Source: a virus (taxonomy: Duplodnaviria > Caudoviricetes). Taken from it: 56,655 bases of DNA. Positions 27,011 through 36,808 of the stretch are shown here, piece after piece (within the stretch, counting starts at the first letter, position 1; every line of letters starts with the position of its first letter). The stretch lies in the IMG/VR virus record IMGVR_UViG_3300048033_000146, positions 1 through 56,655 of that record; one strand, 5' to 3'. A program made the translations under genes and the position numbers. The notes under the pieces are model-generated. The model was given only the letters and a program-made list of their open reading frames with translations, had not been told where the DNA came from and did no database searches.

Positions 27011-27700
27011 ATGTCTTATAATTATATTGAACTAGTAAATGACATTAATCGCCGCCTTAATGAAGTAGAGCTTACGGTAGCAAACTTCCCTAATGCTACA
27101 GGTTTTTATAGCTTTGCTAAAGATGCTGTTAATAGTGCTATTCGTCACATCAACCAAGAAGAATATAACTGGCCTTGGAACCATGTAGAGGAAACAGAAG
27201 TACTTCTAGCAGGTGAGTCACGCTACAGTATACCTTATGATTGTAAGTCTGTAGATATGAATACGTTTAGAATCAAGCGAGATGCTTCACTAAATGTATC
27301 AACAATTAAACTAAAAGTAATTCAATACGAAGAATACCTTGACAAATACGCAGATTCTGAGTATAACTCTAATGAAAGTAATAGAACCACACCAACACAT
27401 GTTGCACGTACCCCAAGTAGAGAATTAATATTCTACCCTTCTCCTGACAAAGCATACGAAGTAATCTATGAGTACTATCGTACAGCTTATGACCTAGAAC
27501 TACATGACGATATACCCAATATTCCAGAACAATATAGGTACGCTATTGTAGACGGGGCTATGTATTATGCTTATCAGTTCCGTGGCGATATGCAAGCTGC
27601 TAACATGGCACAGCAAAAGTTTGAGCAAGCTATTAAGCACTTAAGAAGTATTCACATTAATAGAACCCAATATATTAGAGACACACGAGTACACTTCTAA
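27011..27700 (+). CDS. Head-tail adaptor (tail tubular protein A-like)
   Basis: YIELVNDINRRLNE, WPW, FYPSPDKAY, IPEQY. Confidence 0.75.
   Translation: MSYNYIELVNDINRRLNEVELTVANFPNATGFYSFAKDAVNSAIRHINQEEYNWPWNHVEETEVLLAGESRYSIPYDCKSVDMNTFRIKRDASLNVSTIKLKVIQYEEYLDKYADSEYNSNESNRTTPTHVARTPSRELIFYPSPDKAYEVIYEYYRTAYDLELHDDIPNIPEQYRYAIVDGAMYYAYQFRGDMQAANMAQQKFEQAIKHLRSIHINRTQYIRDTRVHF
27339..27367 (+). promoter_or_regulatory. Intragenic promoter-like TTGACA-N17-TATAAC
   Basis: Near-consensus motif inside the adaptor gene. Confidence 0.5.
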
Positions 27701-29502
27701 TGGCAACACAATGGCAAACATTCCCTATAGAGTTTCGTGGGGGTCTAATATCTAATATGTCTGCCCTTCAGCAGGGTACTAATGCTGTGGGTTCTGCTAC
27801 TATTCTGCAGAACTTTGAGCCTAACAAAGAGGGTGGTTATACTAAGATTCTGGGCTATGAGAAGTTCTCTAGTACAGCAGTACCAGGTAGCGGAAACATC
27901 TTAGGTGTTAAGGTTGCGTCTAGCAATACAGTAGTAACAGCACGTAAGAACGCTAGTAATGTCACAGAGTATCACTATAGTGTTGGTGAGGCTTGGACTA
28001 GCTTAGGGTCTATGACGTTTTTAGGTGGCAACATTCGTCACACAGAAGTTAACTTTGACGGCACTAGAAAGTTTATCTTTGTAGACGGAGTCAACTACCC
28101 TGCTGTAGTTGAGTTTCCTATTGACGTGGCTACACCTAGCAACAGCTTCACAGAGTTTACTAGTGCTAATAGCACAGACCTAGAAGGTACTACTAACGTC
28201 ATTCTATTTAAGACTACTGTATTCTTCTCTAAGAACAACATACTCTACTTTAGTGCCCCATCAGATGAGACAGACTATTCAGCAGCTAACGGTGCAGGTA
28301 GTATCAACGTAGGTGAAGAGATTACAGGTCTATCTGTCTTTCGTGAACAGCTAATTGTATTTACTAAAAATACTATTAAACGTATTGTTGGTAGTACTAT
28401 CTCTGACTTCCAGATGCAGCCTATCACAGAACGTATTGGCTGTGTTGATGGTGATACTATTCAAGAAGTCGGCGGTGACATTATGTACTTAGCTGATGAT
28501 GGTATCAGACTACTAAGTGCTACTGACCGTATTGGTGACTTTGCACTAGACTTACCGTCAGACATTATTGCTAAGGACGTGACATCTTTTATTGATGCAG
28601 CAAGTAGCTTTGCTTCTATAACACTTAAGAAGAAAGCACAGTATCGTATCTTTAGCTTTATTGAAAGCCAACAAGCTGCAGGTGCACAAGGTCTACTTGT
28701 TACTAAGTTTGCTGCACAGGGTACGTCTGGCCTAGCGTGGGGTAAGACTAAAGGTATCAAAGCTAATATTATTGATGCTGACTACACTTCCACAATCGAG
28801 ACTATTTGTTTTAGCAATACTAGTGATTACATATATTTGATGGACATAGGCAACAACTTTGATGGCGATGCTATTGAGGCTATTTATGAATCACCTTTCA
28901 TGCCTATTACTGACCCACAAACACGTAAAACGTTCTACAAGAATACGCTATACTTAGAGCCACTAGGTAATACAAACATTTCAGTAGGGCTTAAATTTGA
29001 CTTTGATAGACTGCCGCAAGATGGTGTTGTGCAACCTGCAACACAGACTATTGCATCTAGTGGATCAGCAGTATCTTTCTACGGAAACCCTCTTTATGTC
29101 TTCTCTAAGACACAGGATTTCATAGCTACAGCAGGGCAAACAGACTTTGTAATACAGGATGTTGCATATACTGTAGGTACAGATATTGATAGAGTAACAG
29201 TGACAATTAACGGTACGGAAACAAGAGCGTTCTCTGTTACTAGTGTGGCTGATGGTAGTAATTATGATATAACAGTTACGCTAGACTCTGGCGCAACACT
29301 AGGCGATGAAGTGTTTGTTGTACTTATCCCTCCATCTGTGACTAAGGTAAGTTACTTTGGTGGTGAGCTAGACAAAGTTTATAACTTGAACGTTATTGGC
29401 TCAGGTAAGACAGTAGCATTACGTATTAGTGATAATTCAACAAACCCAGCATTTACACTGGACACATCTTTATTAGAGTTCAGACAGAACGATAGGCAGT
29501 AA
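27700..29502 (+). CDS. Tail nozzle / stabilisation protein (tubular protein B-like)
   Basis: Beta-propeller-like repeats, ITGLSVFREQLIVF, IGCV; position. Confidence 0.75.
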   Translation: MATQWQTFPIEFRGGLISNMSALQQGTNAVGSATILQNFEPNKEGGYTKILGYEKFSSTAVPGSGNILGVKVASSNTVVTARKNASNVTEYHYSVGEAWTSLGSMTFLGGNIRHTEVNFDGTRKFIFVDGVNYPAVVEFPIDVATPSNSFTEFTSANSTDLEGTTNVILFKTTVFFSKNNILYFSAPSDETDYSAANGAGSINVGEEITGLSVFREQLIVFTKNTIKRIVGSTISDFQMQPITERIGCVDGDTIQEVGGDIMYLADDGIRLLSATDRIGDFALDLPSDIIAKDVTSFIDAASSFASITLKKKAQYRIFSFIESQQAAGAQGLLVTKFAAQGTSGLAWGKTKGIKANIIDADYTSTIETICFSNTSDYIYLMDIGNNFDGDAIEAIYESPFMPITDPQTRKTFYKNTLYLEPLGNTNISVGLKFDFDRLPQDGVVQPATQTIASSGSAVSFYGNPLYVFSKTQDFIATAGQTDFVIQDVAYTVGTDIDRVTVTINGTETRAFSVTSVADGSNYDITVTLDSGATLGDEVFVVLIPPSVTKVSYFGGELDKVYNLNVIGSGKTVALRISDNSTNPAFTLDTSLLEFRQNDRQ

Positions 29503-29513
29503 GGAACCTTATT

Positions 29514-32264
29514 ATGGCAGGTTATACACGACAAGACGAAGGTAATATTTCAAACGGTAACATTATTGATGCTACTGATTTGAATGCTGAGTTTGATAAA
29601 CTACAGACAGCTTTTGCTAGCTCAGGAGGCCACACACATGATGGCTCTTCTGATGGTGGTGCTCGTATTGAAGAAGTTGGCCCTAATGGTGAAGTCACAG
29701 TCGGGGCTTCTGCTGTAACACCTAAAGTATCTACGGACGTAGACGTTGGTACTGCTTCTCTTAAGTTTAACAATGCTAACTTTAAAGGTACAGTAAGTGC
29801 GCCTACATTTACTGCTACCACTGGTGCTACTATTCCTAGCCTTACTGTCGGTAGCAGCACAGCCGTAAATTCTGTTGATGAAGACTTAGCAAGTGTATCT
29901 ACTAACCACGACACATTAGCTTCAGCTAAAGCTATTAAGACTTACGTTGATAGTCAAGTTACTGCACAAGACCTAGACATTACTGATGGTACAACTACAG
30001 GCTCTATCGACTTAGACAGCCAGAGTTTAACCTTTACAGGTAGCACAGGTATTAATGCTACTGTGTCTAATCAGACAGTTACAATTTCTACAGATGACAG
30101 TGCAATTGCACACGACAGTCTATCAGGGTTTGTATCAGCAGAACACGTAGACCACTCAGCTGTGTCCATTACAGCAGGTAATGGTCTTACAGGTGGCGGT
30201 ACTATCGAATCTACACGTACTCTAACTGTTGATCCCCACACAGGTATTGCTGTAACAACTGATGGTGTAGCCCTATCCCACTTAGGCTTAGAGTCTCTTA
30301 CTGCTACTAATGCTGATCGTATAGCTTTTTGGGATTATGATGCAGATGCAGAAACAGGTACATTCCAGTGGTTAGAGCTAGGCACAAACCTAGCCATTGA
30401 TGGTACAACACTTAACGCTACTGACACAAACACAACGTACAGCACAGCGACTACTAGTACACTAGGTTTGGTTAAGCTAGGTAATGATACAGAGCAGACT
30501 GTTGCAGCTAACTCTGTAACAGATACAGTAAGTAGAAGCTATGCAGTACAGCTTAATAGTAGTGATCAGATGGTTGTTAACGTCCCTTGGGTCGATACTA
30601 ACACAGACACAACGTACAGCACAGCTACAACTAGTGCTCTTGGGTTAGTCAAGTTAGGTGATGATACAGATCAAACTGTTGCAGCTAATAGCGTAACGTC
30701 TACAGCAAGCCGTACCTATGCGGTTCAGCTTAACAGCAATGATCAGATGGTAGTCAACGTACCTTGGACCGATGCTAATGATAACACTACCTATACAGCA
30801 GGTACTGGTTTAACTTTAGATGGCACAACCTTTAACGCTAACGTAGATGCTACAACACAGACTGTGGCATCAGAAACCGTATCAGCTACAGCAAGCCGTA
30901 CATATGCAGTACAGACAGACAGTAGCGATAACCTAGTAGTAAACGTACCTTGGACATCTCCTAGTACACTATCTTCTACAGGTGCAGTACTTATTACGCC
31001 AACTACTAGTGAAGCTGGTTCTATAAATAGTCCTGAAGTAATTATTAAAAGTGCTGCTACCCCCAGTAATGACACTAGAGCACCAGATTTAGTTTTGTAT
31101 AATACAGATACGGTATTAGGCACACCTTCAACACTAGGGGAATTTCAATTTAGAGGTGATAATGCATCTAGTAATACTACAACTTTTGCTTCTATTGTAG
31201 GGACAGCAATGTGGACAACTGATGCTGATGAAGATGGTAAACTTTCTATCTTTATTAAATCAGATGGCAGTAATTTTAATGTTTTTGAAGCCTTTTCACA
31301 AAACGGAAATGCCTCAACTACTGTGGCAAGTCCAGGAAGTTTATATTTTGAGTCGGGTTCTTCTTCTCCTACATATTATTTTATGCCTCAGTATGCTACA
31401 GATAATAATACTAATGTTGACGTTATTATCAGAAACAGAGATACTGTACCTGTAGATGGTCAGGTATTAGGTACATTACGTTTTCAAGGTGAAGACTCTG
31501 CAAGTAGTGTAATAGACTACGTATCACTAGAAGCATCTATTGTTGATGAAACAGCCGCTACACAAGACGGTAAGTTTAAAATTAATTTGTATAACGGTGG
31601 TTCTGAACGTACTGTATTTGAAGGTAACTATTTAGGTCATACCATTGTTAGTGCAGGTAATGATATATACCTAAAACCTACCAGCGATGACGTATATCTT
31701 CAAGGTGCAAATGGTACTAGTGCTCAGGTAAGATTTGGTCTTTCAGGTTCGTCTACACAAACTCTGGAAGCGTCAGGCGTTCTTACTCTTAGAGCAGGAG
31801 GTAGCTTAAACAGTACGTTTAATGGTCAAGACTTATCTGTTGAAGGTGCTCTATCCAAAGGTTCAGGCTCATTTAAAATTGACCACCCATTACCAGCTAA
31901 GACAGAGACACATCACTTAGTTCACTCCTTCATTGAAGGACCACAGGCTGACCTTATCTATCGTGGACGTGCAGAGCTAGTAGATGGTACAGCTACAGTA
32001 AACATCGACACTGCAGCAGGTATGACTGAGGGTACGTTTGTAGTACTGTGTGGTGACGTACAATGCTTCACATCTAATGAATCAGGCTGGACTGCAGTAA
32101 AAGGTTCTGTGTCAGGTAACACTCTTACCATTACAGCACAGGACAACACATGCACAGACACTATCTCTTGGATGGTTGTAGGTGAACGTAAAGATCAGCA
32201 CATGATTGACACTGATTGGACTGATGGTGAAGGTCACGTCATTGTAGAACCTGCAAAGCAGTAG
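29514..32264 (+). CDS. Second tail fibre/spike protein
   Basis: MAGYTRQ...GHTHDG N-terminus, 59-aa repeats, C-terminal KGSGSFKIDHPL...HSFIEGP. Confidence 0.8.
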   Translation: MAGYTRQDEGNISNGNIIDATDLNAEFDKLQTAFASSGGHTHDGSSDGGARIEEVGPNGEVTVGASAVTPKVSTDVDVGTASLKFNNANFKGTVSAPTFTATTGATIPSLTVGSSTAVNSVDEDLASVSTNHDTLASAKAIKTYVDSQVTAQDLDITDGTTTGSIDLDSQSLTFTGSTGINATVSNQTVTISTDDSAIAHDSLSGFVSAEHVDHSAVSITAGNGLTGGGTIESTRTLTVDPHTGIAVTTDGVALSHLGLESLTATNADRIAFWDYDADAETGTFQWLELGTNLAIDGTTLNATDTNTTYSTATTSTLGLVKLGNDTEQTVAANSVTDTVSRSYAVQLNSSDQMVVNVPWVDTNTDTTYSTATTSALGLVKLGDDTDQTVAANSVTSTASRTYAVQLNSNDQMVVNVPWTDANDNTTYTAGTGLTLDGTTFNANVDATTQTVASETVSATASRTYAVQTDSSDNLVVNVPWTSPSTLSSTGAVLITPTTSEAGSINSPEVIIKSAATPSNDTRAPDLVLYNTDTVLGTPSTLGEFQFRGDNASSNTTTFASIVGTAMWTTDADEDGKLSIFIKSDGSNFNVFEAFSQNGNASTTVASPGSLYFESGSSSPTYYFMPQYATDNNTNVDVIIRNRDTVPVDGQVLGTLRFQGEDSASSVIDYVSLEASIVDETAATQDGKFKINLYNGGSERTVFEGNYLGHTIVSAGNDIYLKPTSDDVYLQGANGTSAQVRFGLSGSSTQTLEASGVLTLRAGGSLNSTFNGQDLSVEGALSKGSGSFKIDHPLPAKTETHHLVHSFIEGPQADLIYRGRAELVDGTATVNIDTAAGMTEGTFVVLCGDVQCFTSNESGWTAVKGSVSGNTLTITAQDNTCTDTISWMVVGERKDQHMIDTDWTDGEGHVIVEPAKQ
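30430..30783 (+). repeat. 177-bp imperfect tandem repeat x2 inside the fibre gene; partial third copy follows
   Basis: ACACAACGTACAGCACAGC at 30430 and 30607; TTYSTATTS.LGLVKLG...MVVNVPW. Confidence 0.85.
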
Positions 32265-32273
32265 GGCTAAAGT

Positions 32274-32528
32274 ATGTCTATTAACTTGACACCAGAAGAG
32301 CTAGAAGCTATGCTTGACCGTGCAGCAAGACGTGGTGCTAGTGAGGCACTAAAGTCTTTGGGCCTACAAGATGAAGACGCACACAAAGACTTACACGAGA
32401 TGCGTACTCTACTTGAAGCATACCGTGATACAAAGAAGAGCATTTGGTCAACAGTAGTAAGAATAACGACAGTAGCATTGCTATCATTTATAGCAGCATC
32501 TGTTTGGATGCAAATAGGGAATAAATAA
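32274..32528 (+). CDS. Small C-terminal-TM protein (DUF6127-like, holin candidate)
   Basis: ELEAMLDRAARRGA..AL..LGL.D..A..D..EMR.LL plus one TM helix. Confidence 0.65.
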   Translation: MSINLTPEELEAMLDRAARRGASEALKSLGLQDEDAHKDLHEMRTLLEAYRDTKKSIWSTVVRITTVALLSFIAASVWMQIGNK

Positions 32529-32530
32529 TT

Positions 32531-34555
32531 ATGGCTAAACGATTTGCAGGGTTCACCCCAGAACAGATGGGCAAGATTGTACCTGAAATGCAAGGTATGC
32601 AAGGTGATGAACAAGCTAAGTTCTTAGCTGCCAACCCTGCTGCTGCAGCGCGTGTAGGTAAAATGGCAGAAGCTGCTCAGAAGCGTATTGGTATGGCTGC
32701 AGGTGGTATGATTAAAACTAAAGGCTATGCCTCTGGTGGTCAGGCTACCCTAGACGCAGCACAACAGAAATATGCCGATGCTCAGAATGCTTTTACAGCA
32801 GCGCAACAAAACTTAGCAGCCAACCCAGAAGACCAAACTCTTGTAGACGCTGTAGCTAAAGCACAGGCTGCTATTACATCTGCCTCATCAGAGGTGCAGA
32901 ACGCTACTGCAGCACTTACAGCTACAGATACTAAATCACTGGAAGAAATGCAAGCTAGTGCTACAAGCGATCCTACAAGTATGGTTACTAAAGGCACTGC
33001 AACCAAAGTGAGTGATGAAGATAAGGCTGAAGGTACTCTTACTGAAGGTACTGGTCAAGCTGATGCTGCTCCTACTGCTACGTCTACTACTGCTGACGCT
33101 GCTTCAGATGCTGCGGCACCTACAGTAATACCTGCTACTACAACTACTGCTGCTACTGCTGAACAAGGCGTACAGAAAGTGATGGATGAAACACAGGCTG
33201 CAAAAGGTGAGGTGAGCGAAGAGGCACAAGTTGAAGCTGCACAGGGCGATCCGAAAAAACTATCCCAGCTAGAACTAGAAGCTGCACAAGGTAAAGCTGC
33301 TAAAGTAGAAGATGCACCAACGCGCACTCTTACCAAAGCTGAATTGATTTCTGGTTCTACTGTAGACCAGGCTGCAGTACAGCAAATCTATGGCACAGAG
33401 AAGTTAGAAGCTGCTACTGTATCAGGTGAGATGGACCGCTTGATGCAGGACTTTGAAAGTGGCAAGACACCTGCATGGGCTGCAGGGGCTATGAGGGCTG
33501 CTACAGCTAAGATGGCTGCGCGTGGCTTGTCTGCATCATCTATGGCAGGTATGGCTGTTGTACAAGCCGCTATGGAGTCTGCACTACCTATTGCACAGAT
33601 GGATGCAGCCAACAAACAGCAGGTAGCATTAGAGTCTGCACGTCAACGTGCTAACTTCCTTAACATGGAATTTACACAAGATTTCCAAGCTAAAGTTCAG
33701 AACGCTGCTAAGATTAGCGAAATAGCTAACATGAACTTTACTGCAGATCAGCAGGTAGCTCTTGAGAATGCTAAGATGGCACAGACCATGAACTTAGCAA
33801 ACCTGTCTAACCGTCAAGCTAAAGTAATGGCAGATGCTGCTACTATGGCTCAGATGGATTTGACTAACTTGAATAACCGTCAGCAAGCCCAAGTACAAAA
33901 CGCTAAAGCATTCTTGCAGATGGACATGGCTAACCTCAATAATGAGCAACAGACTGCTATCTTCAAAGCACAACAGATGACTAGCACATTACTGTCTGAT
34001 GCTGCTGCGGAGAATGCGTCACGTCAGTTTAATGCTTCATCAGAAAACCAAACTAATCAGTTCTTTGCTAACCTATCAAGCCAAGTAGAGCGTTTCAACA
34101 CAGAGCAAGGCAATCAGATGTCTCGCTTTAACGCGGGTGAAGCAAACGCTATCTCACAGTTTAATGCTACACAGAAAGCAGCACGTGAGCAGTTTAACGC
34201 CAATAACCAACTTGTAATCGCACAAGCTAACGCACAATGGTTCCAGTCTATCACTACAGCAGAGACTGCAGCACAGAACCAGATGAACCGTGATGCTGCT
34301 ATTCAAGCGAGTAAGATGACAGAAACAGCTTACAACTCTGCCGTACAGATGGAACGTGATACAATCAGCTACGCATTTAGAGCAGGTGAATCGTCGGCAG
34401 AACGTGACCTAGAGATTGTGCTACAGGGTATGCGTAACGCCATGACAGAAGCAGAGATACAGGCGCAGGTAGACACAGCAAAAGGTAAAGGCTGGGGTAG
34501 TATCGCTAATACTGTTGTAGAACTTGGTTTGAAAAAAATATTTAGTCTTGGTTAA
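32531..34555 (+). CDS. Internal virion (ejection) protein, Ala/Gln/Asn-rich
   Basis: Repeated MANL.N.QQ and FNA helices; position after tail genes. Confidence 0.7.
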   Translation: MAKRFAGFTPEQMGKIVPEMQGMQGDEQAKFLAANPAAAARVGKMAEAAQKRIGMAAGGMIKTKGYASGGQATLDAAQQKYADAQNAFTAAQQNLAANPEDQTLVDAVAKAQAAITSASSEVQNATAALTATDTKSLEEMQASATSDPTSMVTKGTATKVSDEDKAEGTLTEGTGQADAAPTATSTTADAASDAAAPTVIPATTTTAATAEQGVQKVMDETQAAKGEVSEEAQVEAAQGDPKKLSQLELEAAQGKAAKVEDAPTRTLTKAELISGSTVDQAAVQQIYGTEKLEAATVSGEMDRLMQDFESGKTPAWAAGAMRAATAKMAARGLSASSMAGMAVVQAAMESALPIAQMDAANKQQVALESARQRANFLNMEFTQDFQAKVQNAAKISEIANMNFTADQQVALENAKMAQTMNLANLSNRQAKVMADAATMAQMDLTNLNNRQQAQVQNAKAFLQMDMANLNNEQQTAIFKAQQMTSTLLSDAAAENASRQFNASSENQTNQFFANLSSQVERFNTEQGNQMSRFNAGEANAISQFNATQKAAREQFNANNQLVIAQANAQWFQSITTAETAAQNQMNRDAAIQASKMTETAYNSAVQMERDTISYAFRAGESSAERDLEIVLQGMRNAMTEAEIQAQVDTAKGKGWGSIANTVVELGLKKIFSLG

Positions 34556-34571
34556 GATAGGAATAATTGTA

Positions 34572-35795
34572 ATGGCTGGAATGTTTGGCTCACAATATAA
34601 TAATACAAAGGTCATGATTGATGACCTGTCTAATTTATCTCAGATGAACACAGCAGTAAAAGCTGATAGTGAAGGTGTCATGAAACCACCGAAAGGTGAA
34701 GAGATGGACGCTGGTTCATGGTGGGCTTGGCTGAGTGGTTACACACGTCAGAAGACACAAGAGAACGTTGCACGTGTCCAAGAAGAATTAACTTCTATGG
34801 GTGTAGATACTACTGGCCTATCACCTGAGTATCAGCAGAGTATGCTAGAAGGTATTGCACAAGCTAAAGCATATCGTGACAAATTTGATATTACTCAATC
34901 CCTAAAGGATAAACCTGTATTACTAGAAGAGCAGGGTGCATTCCCACAGACATCTATAGATCAGCCTGTAGGTGTTACTGAGGAAGCATTAGGTGCAGGT
35001 ACTGTTGATATTTCACCACGTGCAGAAGAAGGTGAACCACGTGTTATGGGTAGACCTGCGGAGCCAGACCCTGATTCAGTAGATACATCCAAGCCAGAGG
35101 CTGGTGGTATCATGGCTAAACCAAGCACTACGGTAAAGAAGAACAGCTTACTAGAGTTTATTGCTTCTGGCGAGGGTGGTTATGATTCAGCAAACAGAGG
35201 GACAATAAAACAAGGTACAACAGATAAAATTGTAGGCTCTCAGATGGTGGCATCACGTGGTGGTAGAAAGATTAGTGAGCTAACAGTAGATGAAATCTTA
35301 AAGTACCAAGCTATAAAAGACCCTAATAATAAAGATAGACTTTTTGCTGTAGGTAAGTACCAGACGGATAACAGAACCTTCCCTATGGCTGTTGAAGCTT
35401 TAGGTTTATCGGGCGATACTGTTTTTTCACCAGAGGTACAGGAGCAGGTAGGTTTATATCTTGTTTCTGAAAAACCGGGGCGTAAAAGATTAAGTAAATA
35501 CTTAAAAGGTATAGGTGATGTAAGCGCAGATAGAGCTATGTTAGATTTAGCTATGGAGTTTGCATCTATACCTGTTCCTTTTGCGATAAAAAAAGGCTCT
35601 TATGCTAATGGCAAATGGCCTAAAGTAGACTTAAAAGCAGGTGATTCTTTTTATGCATCTGGCGGTAAGGGTGGAAACAAGGCTCAACATACAGTAGAGG
35701 AAACGCTAAAAGTATTAGAGGAAAACAAAGGTAGTGTACCTTCAGGTAATACTAAAGGTGTTTCCCCTCGTCCTAGACTGAGAGATGACGAATAA
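34572..35795 (+). CDS. Protein with lysozyme-like (muramidase/transglycosylase) domain
   Basis: LLEFIASGEGGYDSAN...AVGKYQ...FSPEVQE...LAMEFASIP. Confidence 0.8.
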   Translation: MAGMFGSQYNNTKVMIDDLSNLSQMNTAVKADSEGVMKPPKGEEMDAGSWWAWLSGYTRQKTQENVARVQEELTSMGVDTTGLSPEYQQSMLEGIAQAKAYRDKFDITQSLKDKPVLLEEQGAFPQTSIDQPVGVTEEALGAGTVDISPRAEEGEPRVMGRPAEPDPDSVDTSKPEAGGIMAKPSTTVKKNSLLEFIASGEGGYDSANRGTIKQGTTDKIVGSQMVASRGGRKISELTVDEILKYQAIKDPNNKDRLFAVGKYQTDNRTFPMAVEALGLSGDTVFSPEVQEQVGLYLVSEKPGRKRLSKYLKGIGDVSADRAMLDLAMEFASIPVPFAIKKGSYANGKWPKVDLKAGDSFYASGGKGGNKAQHTVEETLKVLEENKGSVPSGNTKGVSPRPRLRDDE

Positions 35796-36241
35796 TGTTA
35801 GGTTTACCACTAGAACTAATCACAATGCTAGGATCTACCGTATTAGGTGGAGTCATGAGCATATGGGGCCAGAGTATAAAGGCCAGACAAGCAGAGCAGA
35901 AGATGCTTATGGAACGTGCTAACGCTAACGCAGGGTTTGTACAACAAGCACGTGAAGCAGGTAAGAACGATAAACATTTCGCTTGGACGCGAAGACTTAT
36001 TGCATTGTCTGCTGTATTTGCTATAATTGTTTTACCAAAGCTAGTCGCAGTATTCTACCCAGAAGTAGGTGTATATGTAGGCTACACAGAAATCCAAACA
36101 GGTTTCTTTGACTTTATCTTTGGGCCGGGTGAAGAAGTAGTTAAGTGGAAGTATGCACAAGGCTTCGTTATCACCCCACTAGACACGCACATTGTATCAG
36201 CCATTGTTGGTTTGTACTTTGGTGCAGGATTTACTAAATAG
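35795..36241 (+). CDS. Multi-TM membrane protein (holin candidate)
   Basis: Hydrophobic segments; FAWTRRLIAL; AIVGLYFG. Confidence 0.65.
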   Translation: MLGLPLELITMLGSTVLGGVMSIWGQSIKARQAEQKMLMERANANAGFVQQAREAGKNDKHFAWTRRLIALSAVFAIIVLPKLVAVFYPEVGVYVGYTEIQTGFFDFIFGPGEEVVKWKYAQGFVITPLDTHIVSAIVGLYFGAGFTK

Positions 36242-36250
36242 GATATTGCT

Positions 36251-36808
36251 ATGGCAGATTTATTTAATGCGCCCATACCCGGCGAATCTCTTACATCAGA
36301 ACCCGGAAACTATCCTTGGGAACAGCCACCTCTACATGCCGATCCTATGGATGCTTTAGAGTGGCATATGGAACAGCTTACTGATGAAAAAGTTACAGAC
36401 AATGTAATTGATATGATGGATGTAGGTGTCCCTGTTGAGATCGTTGCTGATACCATGCTAACCTCTGCTATCATGAATGGTATTCACTCTGTGGACGTAA
36501 AGATGCTATTGAAGCCTGTTTTACACATGCAGGTAAAAGCTCTAGGTGATGTAGCTGGTATTGATTACAAAGAGTTCATGTCTGACTATGATGACAAAGA
36601 TGAGATCGCTCGTTTGAAACGCCAGAAACGTATTGCTGCAAAGCTGGGTGTACAGTCTAAACTGAATAGCACACCTAAAGATAAAGGTGACATGCTCGAA
36701 GCTGAAGTAGCAGAGATGATGACGCAAGAGCCACAAGAAGAAGAGATGGCACCAGAAGCAGAAACAATGGCACCTGAACAAGGTATTATGGCGAAGGAGC
36801 AAATGTAA
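36251..36808 (+). CDS. Conserved virion-module protein
   Basis: FNAPIPGESLT.EPGNYPWEQPP. Confidence 0.7.
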   Translation: MADLFNAPIPGESLTSEPGNYPWEQPPLHADPMDALEWHMEQLTDEKVTDNVIDMMDVGVPVEIVADTMLTSAIMNGIHSVDVKMLLKPVLHMQVKALGDVAGIDYKEFMSDYDDKDEIARLKRQKRIAAKLGVQSKLNSTPKDKGDMLEAEVAEMMTQEPQEEEMAPEAETMAPEQGIMAKEQM

